Below are positions 21,159 through 29,689 of a DNA stretch of 64,000 nucleotides, in pieces. A program made the position numbers and the translations under genes. Source of the stretch: a virus; the IMG/VR virus record IMGVR_UViG_3300045988_090117, positions 1 to 64,000 of that record. One strand, written 5' to 3'. The first letter of the stretch is position 1, and every line of letters starts with the position of its first letter. Under the pieces are notes generated by a model, which did not search any database, was not told the DNA's origin, and saw only the letters and a list, made by a program, of their open reading frames with translations.

Positions 21159-21515
21159 CTATTCATTATCATCATAATTAAAAATTACTGGTGTTCTACA
21201 AGTTATAGAACACACATAACATCTTAAATCTTGGTCATACATATCGTCACTCATATCGTGAGTAATTTCAATACCAGCTAAATATAATGCTTTTCTGACC
21301 TTATTTCTTAACGTATCTAATTGTAGAGGACTGTGTGGAGTATAGATATATATAATCCAGTTATCCCATCCACAAAGAGTATTATCAAAACTTTGGTTAG
21401 CACTTGTTCTCATTATTATTGCAGTATCCTCTGTGATACGTGCGGGACGGTCATGTACTGGCACTGTTTTAATCACGTCTTTTATTACATTATATATATT
21501 AAGTCTCGCACTCAA
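21159..21515 (-). CDS. Tail completion / tail-to-head joining protein (by position)
   Basis: 118 aa with a TTG start 7 nt after AAGGAGGG. It is the fourth small gene between the capsid and major tail genes. Confidence 0.35.
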   Translation of the reverse strand: MSARLNIYNVIKDVIKTVPVHDRPARITEDTAIIMRTSANQSFDNTLCGWDNWIIYIYTPHSPLQLDTLRNKVRKALYLAGIEITHDMSDDMYDQDLRCYVCSITCRTPVIFNYDDNE

Positions 21516-21529
21516 TTTTTAACCCTCCT

Positions 21530-21880
21530 TTAAAACAAGTTACGTATCATGCCTTTAAAATTGTCTATCTCACTGTCTCTTGCTTTTTCTAATATCTGAT
21601 ATTTACCATCAAAGTCGGCTCTTGTTTCTAAGTAGTAACCATAGTAAACACCATGTTTAATACTAATATCTAAGTCGTTCTCAGTTACTTTATATTCACC
21701 TTTCAATTTATTTTGTGCTGTCTTAGTTCTATTTGTCCAAGGGTGATTAGCTTTTGCGTATGTCTGCATATTCTTGCTAATAGTACTACCTACTACCTTT
21801 AACTCAGCCTGCATTGTTTTGTCAAAGTTTTTTATTTTGTCATTGAATTCTTTAGTATCGAATGTTATTGTATTAGCCAT
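21530..21880 (-). CDS. HK97 gp10-like tail-component protein
   Basis: 116 aa. The sequence ...AKANHPWTNRTKTAQNKLKG...GVYYGYYLE resembles the HK97-gp10 family, and the position fits. Confidence 0.5.
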   Translation of the reverse strand: MANTITFDTKEFNDKIKNFDKTMQAELKVVGSTISKNMQTYAKANHPWTNRTKTAQNKLKGEYKVTENDLDISIKHGVYYGYYLETRADFDGKYQILEKARDSEIDNFKGMIRNLF

Positions 21881-22274
21881 CTAAATCAACCCTTTCCAAT
21901 GAAACTTGGTATAGTAGATTATAATGCACTACATCAATTATCTCCAGTACTTTGTAATAAGCATTTTCATGAACTATAAAGTCATCTTCTTGTAATGGAA
22001 AATCTTTTACATATGTTGCATATAGTGTGGCATATGAGTAACCTTTTATAATACCTTGGTCATTATTAGTTATACTTTTACTTCTGCCACTGGAGCTGTT
22101 ATCTATTACACATTGTAAGTCTTGTACATAAGACATTTCTTCTTTTAATACTTTACATCCCATTGCATCCACTTCATATATATCCCTATATATTGGTACT
22201 TGATAACCATAATTATTTATGGCACTCTGTACCTTCTTAATTACTCCAGCCTGTATTGTTTGCCTATTGCTCAT
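21873..22274 (-). CDS. Head closure / head-tail adaptor protein
   Basis: 133 aa at the expected synteny position, overlapping both neighbouring genes. Confidence 0.45.
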   Translation of the reverse strand: MSNRQTIQAGVIKKVQSAINNYGYQVPIYRDIYEVDAMGCKVLKEEMSYVQDLQCVIDNSSSGRSKSITNNDQGIIKGYSYATLYATYVKDFPLQEDDFIVHENAYYKVLEIIDVVHYNLLYQVSLERVDLDG

Positions 22275-22563
22275 CTACTCTACGGGGCACCTTTCCTGTT
22301 ATGGAGGTTGCTTTGCCGCCGTTCATGTCTTTGTTGTATTGGTCTAAAAACATTTTGGCCATATTATTCCACATATCAGCACTATTTTTTATTTTAATAG
22401 CACCTATGGTAATCTCGTCAGCACTTGCTTTAGCCAAACAACATATATAGGCCAATTGGTATATATTATCATACATAACCGCCATTGCCATTAGTTGTTC
22501 ATCTGTAAATGTAGGATACTGGTCTTCCATTATTAATACTTTTAATTGGTCAATATTTACCAT
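22264..22563 (-). CDS. gp6-like head-tail connector protein
   Basis: 99 aa, helical, with an N-terminal ...LKVLIMEDQYPTFTDEQL... It is the first gene after the capsid gene. Confidence 0.5.
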   Translation of the reverse strand: MVNIDQLKVLIMEDQYPTFTDEQLMAMAVMYDNIYQLAYICCLAKASADEITIGAIKIKNSADMWNNMAKMFLDQYNKDMNGGKATSITGKVPRRVDEQ

Positions 22564-22578
22564 GTAACCACCTCCTAT

Positions 22579-22620
22579 AAAAAAATTGGTTAGGCTAAGC
22601 CGTGTTAGCCTCGCCTAACC
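22579..22620 (-). terminator. Rho-independent terminator after the major capsid gene
   Basis: Stem ggttaggc (22588-22595) / gcctaacc (22613-22620), with an alternative inner stem ggctaa/ttagcc. Minus-strand U7 (plus A-run 22579-22585). Confidence 0.65.
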
Positions 22621-22653
22621 TGTATATATAAGGGAATACAATGAGCTATTTAA

Positions 22654-23754
22654 TTATGCACCTATTTCAGCTTTATCACTTACATCTATTACTGCACAAT
22701 TGTCTATTGCTTCAAATGAAGGTATCATAACACATGATACAACAGTTACAACTTGCACTGGATGTTTTTCCTTGAATGTAGTAACAGTAGTACCATAAGC
22801 AGCTTGAGCAACTTGTGCATCTGTTCCTGACATTAAGTCAGATGCTTCTGGTGTAGTACCATATACAGTATTACCAAGGTTTCCACTAGGCATTAATACA
22901 ACTTTGTTATCTGGTATTAATGTTACTTGTTCTGTAGCATGAGCTAAACCTGTTCCATGATCTAATTTACCGAATTTTTTACTGTATACGTATATTGATA
23001 CACCAGTTACTTGTTCTATGAATGCTTGCTTTTGTTGTTCACTTACAAAGTAATGCATTGTAGAATCATCTGGATACATCATTTTTTGAACTGTATCGCA
23101 ATTTATCATATTTAAGAATGTGTTTCTATTCATAACTGCTCTTGAAGGTCTTATACCTGTTTTTAATTCCATATCATCACATATGTCTATAAGGTCTCTA
23201 ACTGGGTCAGCAGTAGTTTTACTTGCTGGCAACCATGCAGCTCTAACTGCTTTGTATAAGTTAGTCATACCATAATCATATACATAACGTGCTCTACCAT
23301 CTGCACTAGCAACATCTATTTTACCATCTACCATTAATTGACATCTCATTATCTCAGCTTGAACTCTAGCACCTTCTATTAATCTAGCAGCTTCATCAAA
23401 TATTTTTCTAATAAGTGGTAGTGCCACTGTATTATCAGGATGAGCTAATAATAAGTTTAATTGTTGTCTATCTTTTTCACCAATTCTCATTGCTTCTCTA
23501 AAGAATGCCATTTCAGTAGCAACTGCTTCGAAGCCTTCTTTTTCTCTCATACGAGCTTTAACGTCGTATTCACTTGGTTGTAATGCTACTGGAAGTCCAT
23601 TAGCACCTTTTAACCAGCTTATATCAGTTCCCATACTAGTTCTTGAAGGGAATAATGTTTCAGCAAAGTATGGTTCTTTATTTATAGGGTTTTCTTTCAC
23701 ATATGCAGCAATTTCTTTTGCATTTATATAATCAAATAAGTTTACGTTTGCCAT
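22654..23754 (-). CDS. Major capsid protein (lambda gpE-like family)
   Basis: 366 aa. The N-terminus MANVNLFDYINAKEIAAYVKENP... and the overall pattern resemble major capsid protein E family members. It is preceded by a small decoration-like gene and a scaffold gene. Confidence 0.75.
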   Translation of the reverse strand: MANVNLFDYINAKEIAAYVKENPINKEPYFAETLFPSRTSMGTDISWLKGANGLPVALQPSEYDVKARMREKEGFEAVATEMAFFREAMRIGEKDRQQLNLLLAHPDNTVALPLIRKIFDEAARLIEGARVQAEIMRCQLMVDGKIDVASADGRARYVYDYGMTNLYKAVRAAWLPASKTTADPVRDLIDICDDMELKTGIRPSRAVMNRNTFLNMINCDTVQKMMYPDDSTMHYFVSEQQKQAFIEQVTGVSIYVYSKKFGKLDHGTGLAHATEQVTLIPDNKVVLMPSGNLGNTVYGTTPEASDLMSGTDAQVAQAAYGTTVTTFKEKHPVQVVTVVSCVMIPSFEAIDNCAVIDVSDKAEIGA

Positions 23755-23767
23755 TATCTCGCACCTC

Positions 23768-24166
23768 CTATTTATTTACCACGTGGATTAAAGTATTTTT
23801 AGTGTCTAAGTTATCAGCTCCAACTAGTCTATCTTTTCTTACGAAACCATGTACTAATACTGCCACGTTTATAGCCGCGTCAGTTTCATCGAAATCGTCT
23901 AATTTTATAGTATTGAATACTATAGCGTTTCCAGTAGCAGCTGCAGTTGTTGAGCCGGCAGCAGCTTTAGTTACATTTCCCTTTTCATCGAATGCTATTA
24001 CTGTTCCTTTTTTAAGTGTTTTTGCTCCCTCAAAATCATCATCAGCCACTGCCATTGCTTTTAAGTTAGCATAAGTTATTGTTCCCGGTAAATTTACATA
24101 ATGGTCAGGGAATGCTAATATTTCTTTTTCAGGTGCTAGTATTTTCTTACTTCTTAACTTTGGCAT
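23768..24166 (-). CDS. Head decoration-like protein
   Basis: ~132 aa immediately upstream of the E-type capsid gene, as gpD precedes gpE in lambda. It is Ala/Thr/Gly-rich. ATG 24166 lies 8 nt after AGGAGG. Confidence 0.4.
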   Translation of the reverse strand: MPKLRSKKILAPEKEILAFPDHYVNLPGTITYANLKAMAVADDDFEGAKTLKKGTVIAFDEKGNVTKAAAGSTTAAATGNAIVFNTIKLDDFDETDAAINVAVLVHGFVRKDRLVGADNLDTKNTLIHVVNK

Positions 24167-24186
24167 AAATGCCACCTCCTAATTTA

Positions 24187-24834
24187 TTATTTATTATTGT
24201 TACCAAAGAAATAATTACTATCAACTTGTTGTGCTTGTTCACTACATTGTTTACCTAAAAGTGCACCGAAGTCACCTTCATGTGTAGTTTTACTACCAAA
24301 GGCATTTAGATTACTTGGTTTTCCTGGAGAACCAAGATTTAAAAAACCCTTACCAGGTTGTGATTCCACATTATCAAATAGGTAGGCCTTGTCCTTTTGT
24401 AATGCAGCTAACTGGTCAGTTAATCCTTCAACAGTGCCATCTTCTTTTAATACGACTTTTTCCATGTCTAGGAATTTCATTAAGTCGTTAACATCTTTTG
24501 GCTTAGCTTCTGCTAATTCCTTATTTATGGCAGTACTTAATTTTTCCTTTTTAGCAGCTTCCTCCATGCCGGCAATTTTTTCCTCTAAGGCTTTTACTTG
24601 TTTTTCTGCTTCTGTAGGGTCTTTTACTTGCTTTTGTAAGGACTCAATTTCCTCGTTAGCCTCTGCTAACTCCGCTATTTTGGCATCTAAACGGTTTTTA
24701 GGTACATATCTATTATCCTTATCATCTATTAATATTTTGCATCCCTGCTCCTCTAGGGCTTTTGTTATAGCTAATTCCACTTCGGCAGCATTATCAAGTG
24801 CAGCTAAAAATTCTCTTAATTTTCTTTTTGCCAT
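24187..24834 (-). CDS. Scaffolding protein
   Basis: ~215 aa, strongly helical and charged (EEIESLQKQVKDPTEAEKQVKALEEKIAGMEEAAKKEK). AGGAGG RBS precedes ATG 24834. Its position is upstream of the capsid genes. Confidence 0.65.
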   Translation of the reverse strand: MAKRKLREFLAALDNAAEVELAITKALEEQGCKILIDDKDNRYVPKNRLDAKIAELAEANEEIESLQKQVKDPTEAEKQVKALEEKIAGMEEAAKKEKLSTAINKELAEAKPKDVNDLMKFLDMEKVVLKEDGTVEGLTDQLAALQKDKAYLFDNVESQPGKGFLNLGSPGKPSNLNAFGSKTTHEGDFGALLGKQCSEQAQQVDSNYFFGNNNK

Positions 24835-24988
24835 ACTTACCTCCTGTTTTACGTGCATCCACGATAATATACAATGTTTTTAAAAACAAAGAAAATCTTA
24901 CCAATACAAGGTTTTATGGATATCCTAGAACCCTTTGTCATATCTATATATTAATTTTCTAGGAAAAATATTAACTAAAATTGGACAA

Positions 24989-25020
24989 TAAAAAACACCC
25001 AACTGTTAAGTTGAGTGTTT
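24989..25020 (-). terminator. Rho-independent terminator after the 123-aa HExxH gene
   Basis: ~10-bp stem with one mismatch (24995-25004 / 25009-25018), loop gtta, minus-strand U-run (plus A-run 24990-24995). Confidence 0.6.
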
Positions 25021-25026
25021 AATAAT

Positions 25027-25398
25027 TTATTTAGCTTGTTCTTCCTCAGGTGGATATTTCTTATCATATTCTTCCGGTGTTAGTGTTAGGTCGGGATTAT
25101 CTAGTAATACCTGGTGCATCATCATTCCTATCCCGTCTATAACATTTTCAAAGTCATCATAGCTAAGTCCTAATACTTGTAAATCTATACCACGCTCAAA
25201 CATCATTGCATGAGCTAGTTCGTGATAAAATGTTTGTATTAAACTTTGGTCATCTTGTAGTGAAGGGTCTAGTTGTATTGTGTGTATATTTTTATCACAT
25301 ATTCCCAAACACTGTCTACCATTCATTAGTATTGGTCTATCATTTATTTCCACTTTATAATATGCACTTCCAACTCTTACTTCTTCAGGTATTATCAT
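25027..25398 (-). CDS. Small putative zinc metallopeptidase (HExxH)
   Basis: 123 aa with FYHELAHAMMFERG (HELAH codons at 25210-25224). RBS is GGGAGGG. Confidence 0.45.
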   Translation of the reverse strand: MIIPEEVRVGSAYYKVEINDRPILMNGRQCLGICDKNIHTIQLDPSLQDDQSLIQTFYHELAHAMMFERGIDLQVLGLSYDDFENVIDGIGMMMHQVLLDNPDLTLTPEEYDKKYPPEEEQAK

Positions 25399-25410
25399 AT
25401 AAATCCCTCC

Positions 25411-25587
25411 CTATTTTATTATATCTTCATTTTTACCATCTGCATAAAATATTTCTCCATAAGTTTTATTGGTATTAATACATCTATCAATTATGTCTAT
25501 TATCTCCTGCTCAGTAAGTCCTTCTACCTCCATTAATGGAAAGTATTGTTCAAATTTGTCTAAATAGTTTTGTAATTTTTCTCTCAT
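25411..25587 (-). CDS. Hypothetical protein (58 aa)
   Basis: ATG 25587 lies 9 nt after AAGGAG. It is the first gene downstream of the promoter at 25604-25639. Confidence 0.4.
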   Translation of the reverse strand: MREKLQNYLDKFEQYFPLMEVEGLTEQEIIDIIDRCINTNKTYGEIFYADGKNEDIIK

Positions 25588-25603
25588 TCTTATCAACTCC
25601 TTA

Positions 25604-25639
25604 CATATATAGTATAGTAAATCTTATCTATTTACTAAC
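25604..25639 (-). promoter_or_regulatory. Phage promoter motif copy (-35 TTAGTA, 16 nt, -10 TATACT)
   Basis: Minus strand reads GTTAGTAAATAGATAAGATTTACTATACTATATATG. It overlaps the stop of the MuF-like gene. Confidence 0.65.
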
Positions 25640-27540
25640 TACTTTTTAAATTGTTTTAATGTATCTTTTACTAGTTTATCATATGACTTCATCATCTCAG
25701 GGAAGTTGTCATATAAGAATTTCCTTGTCTCTGGTTGTGTCATACTAGAACTAATTTCTGCCCATAGTTCACTAGATACTTCTATACAAGCTGACTCATA
25801 TGCAGTAATATTTCCATCTTGTCTACGTGTATAGTACTTAGCGTCATGACCCCATTTAGTCTTCACTGCCCCTGCCGACATCCCTCTAGCTGCATCTTGT
25901 AGTGCTATTGTATGTACTTCATTAGCATGTAAGAAGTCAGCAAACTTACCGTTAACTAAAGGAGCAGGAGTATTATCTAAAGTCTTCTTGCCATGAAATT
26001 TTTCTTCTACCCATTTAGTTTTCCAATTATTCATATCTCGCTCAAAAGCTTGTGCTAATCCAGTAGGTTTAATGGCATTCTTCAATGTTATCCTAGCATA
26101 CATAGGCTCACTACCTCCGGAGAACTCATACATCCTAGGCTCATCGGGAGTACCTTGGTCATCTATTAAATGTCCCCATTCATGAAATAATACATTATAT
26201 CTATATTTTTCCTCAAAGTATCTCAATCTTAAGTTCTTGTCATCACTTAAAGACATATGAATTTGTTTATCACTAGGTTGATAATAAGCACCGCCAGTTG
26301 AAGCTGTACGCTTGAATTCACCTACAGTTAAATATAAATCTTGTATTTCTTCGGGAGCTTGTTTTAATTTATCTAATACACCATCTACAGTGTATTTTTT
26401 ATTTCTTGATTTTAATTCTGTATGTAGTGTTTGTTTCATTTCAACATATTTAGCTGCACGCTCTTCCTCAGTATAAATACCACGTTGTTTAACTGCTCTT
26501 TTCTTAGTAGTTTTAGGTTTAACGACTTTAGATTTAGCAGTACCTCCAAGTCCTTTATACTCAGGTATTTTATCCATAGCACCACTATTCTTCTCGCCAT
26601 TCGCCCATGCTCTCATATCTTTAGCTATGTCTTCAGGAGTTGCTTTCTTACCATTTATCATCCATACTGGTTCTAGCCAACACGCTCCATTTGGGTGGTC
26701 AAGTGGTATATCTTCTTTGTCTATTATAAATAGACGTCCATCCAGTGCGTTACATGCATCACAAGTTCTACCTGCCTCATGATTACTATGCCACTGTACT
26801 CCACCCATATAAGGATTAACTCTTTTAGTGTTGATTGTCTCTATCTGAGCTTGATGTGTGATTGTAGTTCGTGCTAATCTCAATGACTCATAGTCTAATC
26901 CGCCACTATATTTTCTAGCATAACCACTACCTAGTTTTTCTCTTATCTTATTTCTACTCCATGTATGATGGCCACCCATAGCAAATTGTTTTAAGTTCTC
27001 AGCCATATCAGCAGCTCCCATACCTTCTGCCATACAACTAGCTACTGCATCTTCTATTTTTTCTCCGCTTTTACTAGTAGCATTCCATAACGTTTTATCT
27101 AAACCTTTTCTTCCTTCGTATAACTTCCCTTGTATTATTTGCTCTACAGTATCAGCATTAACAATATCAACTAGTTTATCCACTTGGTCTTTAATTTGTT
27201 TATAGCCATCTCCCATTAATAGCTGCATCATCTGTTTATTTATATCAGATAAATCTTTAGCAGCTTGGCTATTATATTTCATAACCACTTTTAGTAACTC
27301 ATCATATATTTGTTGACTATATGCTGCCGTCAAATTCTTTACTGCTTTGTTATCTCCATAAGCATTTTTAATTCCTCTATTAATTGTATCCATATAAGCC
27401 TTTTTATAGACTTGTATTATCTGTTGTTGTTGCTTTTTAGTTAGTTCTCTTGGTTTATTTCTCAACTGTTTATTTAATGTATCTAAATACTCTAGCCCGT
27501 TCTCCGATTGTGTATTGCTAGTAAATCTCGTCTTAGCCAT
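25639..27540 (-). CDS. Head morphogenesis protein (SPP1 gp7 / Mu F family) with a C-terminal HExxH metallopeptidase-like domain
   Basis: The MuF signature is VQWHSNHEAGRTCDACNALDGRLF...PLDHPNGACWLEPV. The C-terminal ~270 aa contain FHEWGHLIDD (codons at 26170-26184). AGGAGGTGGAGG precedes ATG 27540. Confidence 0.75.
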   Translation of the reverse strand: MAKTRFTSNTQSENGLEYLDTLNKQLRNKPRELTKKQQQQIIQVYKKAYMDTINRGIKNAYGDNKAVKNLTAAYSQQIYDELLKVVMKYNSQAAKDLSDINKQMMQLLMGDGYKQIKDQVDKLVDIVNADTVEQIIQGKLYEGRKGLDKTLWNATSKSGEKIEDAVASCMAEGMGAADMAENLKQFAMGGHHTWSRNKIREKLGSGYARKYSGGLDYESLRLARTTITHQAQIETINTKRVNPYMGGVQWHSNHEAGRTCDACNALDGRLFIIDKEDIPLDHPNGACWLEPVWMINGKKATPEDIAKDMRAWANGEKNSGAMDKIPEYKGLGGTAKSKVVKPKTTKKRAVKQRGIYTEEERAAKYVEMKQTLHTELKSRNKKYTVDGVLDKLKQAPEEIQDLYLTVGEFKRTASTGGAYYQPSDKQIHMSLSDDKNLRLRYFEEKYRYNVLFHEWGHLIDDQGTPDEPRMYEFSGGSEPMYARITLKNAIKPTGLAQAFERDMNNWKTKWVEEKFHGKKTLDNTPAPLVNGKFADFLHANEVHTIALQDAARGMSAGAVKTKWGHDAKYYTRRQDGNITAYESACIEVSSELWAEISSSMTQPETRKFLYDNFPEMMKSYDKLVKDTLKQFKK

Positions 27541-27570
27541 ACCTCCACCTCCTATACAATTCATTCTATT

Positions 27571-27598
27571 AAAAAGGGAGGCTTAATTAACCTCCCTT
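27571..27598 (-). terminator. Rho-independent terminator after the zinc-ribbon gene
   Basis: Stem aagggagg (27574-27581) / cctccctt (27591-27598), 9-nt loop, followed by a T-run on the minus strand. Confidence 0.65.
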
Positions 27599-27602
27599 AG
27601 TG

Positions 27603-28034
27603 CTACTTGATATATCCCTTGTATTTTTCTTTTAGTTGTTTACCTCTCTCAGCTATATCTCGTCTAAGTTCAGTTATTGTGTCTAAATAACTTTGTTCCT
27701 TCTTATTTGCTCTGTCCTGTATTTCTTGTGGTACAAAACCACGTATTTTAATCTGTTCATTTAGGTCATATCTATTCTTATATTGTATTTTAGTTAATTC
27801 CTCTAATAAATCTTGTAGTTGTGACATCTCTCTACGTAGTTGGTTATCAGTTACTACAGTTACATATTGAGCACCACATCTACATTCAAACCCTCTAATA
27901 ATTATACATCCTTTTAGTAGCATTAATTCCTTTTCTCTAGGATAAAACTCTCTACCACATTTATCACATTTAGCTTTAAATTTCAATTGTTTTTCCCCTC
28001 TACGTCCTTTAGTCCATCCACCTTGTTTACTCAT
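27603..28034 (-). CDS. Zinc-ribbon / coiled-coil protein (hypothetical)
   Basis: ~143 aa with CDKCGREF...ECRCG (a CxxC...CxC pattern) and a helical C-terminus. ATG 28034 lies 9 nt after GGGAGG. Confidence 0.45.
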   Translation of the reverse strand: MSKQGGWTKGRRGEKQLKFKAKCDKCGREFYPREKELMLLKGCIIIRGFECRCGAQYVTVVTDNQLRREMSQLQDLLEELTKIQYKNRYDLNEQIKIRGFVPQEIQDRANKKEQSYLDTITELRRDIAERGKQLKEKYKGYIK

Positions 28035-28061
28035 ATCAATCAACCTCCCAAATTTTTTATT

Positions 28062-28098
28062 CTATATATAGTATAGAAAATTATTCAGTTTTGCTAAT
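28062..28098 (-). promoter_or_regulatory. Phage promoter motif copy (-35 TTAGCA, 16 nt, -10 TATACT)
   Basis: Minus strand reads ATTAGCAAAACTGAATAATTTTCTATACTATATATAG. The -35 lies inside the 3' end of the portal gene. Confidence 0.6.
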
Positions 28099-29673
28099 TG
28101 ATCCTTTAAAATCGGTCATACTATTTTGAGTCATGTTGACTTTATCCATCTCATCTAGTATCTCGTCAAACTCTTTATCTGCTTCTTCAGCACTACCAAA
28201 CTCTCTAATATAACTTTGTTTACTACGTACATTAGCTTCTACTTCTTTTATTGCTATTGTCTTAGTATCAACTTCATCATCTGGAATTGGATAGTTATGA
28301 TCTAAATCTAAGCTGACTTTATATTGCATAGCTTGATTGATAGATGGGTCATCTGGATATAAATTACTCTTTAGTACAATCTCCTCAATTAATTTTAATA
28401 GCCATATAATAGCTTCGTCCCATGCTGCCCACTTTTCTTCACAACGTGTAATAAGGTCATCATATAACATACGTAGAGCCTTACCACTGGCCACATTAAC
28501 TAAACTCTCTGGTAGTGGTTGCTCCATACATTCATACATATCCTTTTTTAATCTCTCTAAATAAGCATCGGCAGCTCCTTGGAAAGTAAACTCACTACCA
28601 ACCTTTTGTATACTAGCTTGTTTATAACTACCATTAGTGCTACCCATTCCTAAAGATGTATCAGTTTTAATATCTAATATTGACCCAGGTGCCACTACTA
28701 TTCCCTCAATAGAAGCACTATCTGCATCTATAAATGCAGTCTGGTCAAACATTGCAAATCTAAGACTATCTCTATAATCACTAACAGTTTTGTTATAATC
28801 TTCCTGCATATCCATAAGGTCCTTTACATCACTACGTCCTCTAATATCTCCTGTAAGCCCATCGTTGAATATAACTGTACAAGGTATGCAGCTTAATCCA
28901 GTATTCCATTCACTACGTATTTCTACTTGTTGCATTTGTTGTTCGTCTTGTTGTTCTCCTGCAATACTACTATTAAGTACATTTGGTACTTCTGCATAAG
29001 CTATTGTATTAGTACCATCTACTACCATGTATGTACACCAACATTCTTCGCCTCTCATCTCATAGATCCATTTATGCCATCTCTGCTCGTTTTGTAGTTT
29101 GCCTACTGTGCTCTCATCTTGATAAGCTATCTGAACTTTAATTAGTTTATCACAGTCATTTGGGTCATATTCATATAAGAACTCAGGCATTGTATAAAAT
29201 CTAAACTTTATAGGTGCATTGTCTATAGGGTTGCCATAGTCATCTACATCTAACATTAAGGCTAATAAAACACGCTTACCTATAACACAGTCCATAAACG
29301 CCTTACTAAATTTATTCCAAAACTTTCCATCCTCTAATATTTTTTCATATGCAATACGTTTATCGTCTACTAATGTAGGGTCTGTACCGTCTACACTCTT
29401 CACCACTATTGTAGGTGGCACACTTGTCATAAATCTACCTTGTTTTTTAAGTAGCTTCTTTGTTAAGTTTCTTATCTCTCTTGTTGGTCTATAATCTCTG
29501 TCTTTTACTGGCCATAGTTGTCCAGTTCCATCTTCTAAGTCGTCTTCTAATTGTTCAGGTCTACCTTCGTAGAATTCATAGTAGGTTTTTACTTGCTGCA
29601 ATTCTTCTAAGAATCTTCTGTCTGTACTGTATAACCCTACTAAGGCTCTATCTATACTGTTATACAAACTCAT
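28081..29673 (-). CDS. Portal protein
   Basis: 530 aa directly after the large terminase gene, with an SPP1-type portal look and an acidic C-terminus. Confidence 0.8.
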   Translation of the reverse strand: MSLYNSIDRALVGLYSTDRRFLEELQQVKTYYEFYEGRPEQLEDDLEDGTGQLWPVKDRDYRPTREIRNLTKKLLKKQGRFMTSVPPTIVVKSVDGTDPTLVDDKRIAYEKILEDGKFWNKFSKAFMDCVIGKRVLLALMLDVDDYGNPIDNAPIKFRFYTMPEFLYEYDPNDCDKLIKVQIAYQDESTVGKLQNEQRWHKWIYEMRGEECWCTYMVVDGTNTIAYAEVPNVLNSSIAGEQQDEQQMQQVEIRSEWNTGLSCIPCTVIFNDGLTGDIRGRSDVKDLMDMQEDYNKTVSDYRDSLRFAMFDQTAFIDADSASIEGIVVAPGSILDIKTDTSLGMGSTNGSYKQASIQKVGSEFTFQGAADAYLERLKKDMYECMEQPLPESLVNVASGKALRMLYDDLITRCEEKWAAWDEAIIWLLKLIEEIVLKSNLYPDDPSINQAMQYKVSLDLDHNYPIPDDEVDTKTIAIKEVEANVRSKQSYIREFGSAEEADKEFDEILDEMDKVNMTQNSMTDFKGSISKTE

Positions 29674-29689
29674 TTATATCATCCTCCTT

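Noticed and set aside
24860-24990. A possible late promoter related to the 36-bp motif upstream of the scaffold gene (TTAGTTAATATTTTTCCTAGAAAATTAATATATAG).
   Set aside because: The spacing between the TTAGTT and TAATAT blocks (~19 nt) breaks the invariant geometry of the 17 copies. No shared motif could be found with the region upstream of the terminase operon.
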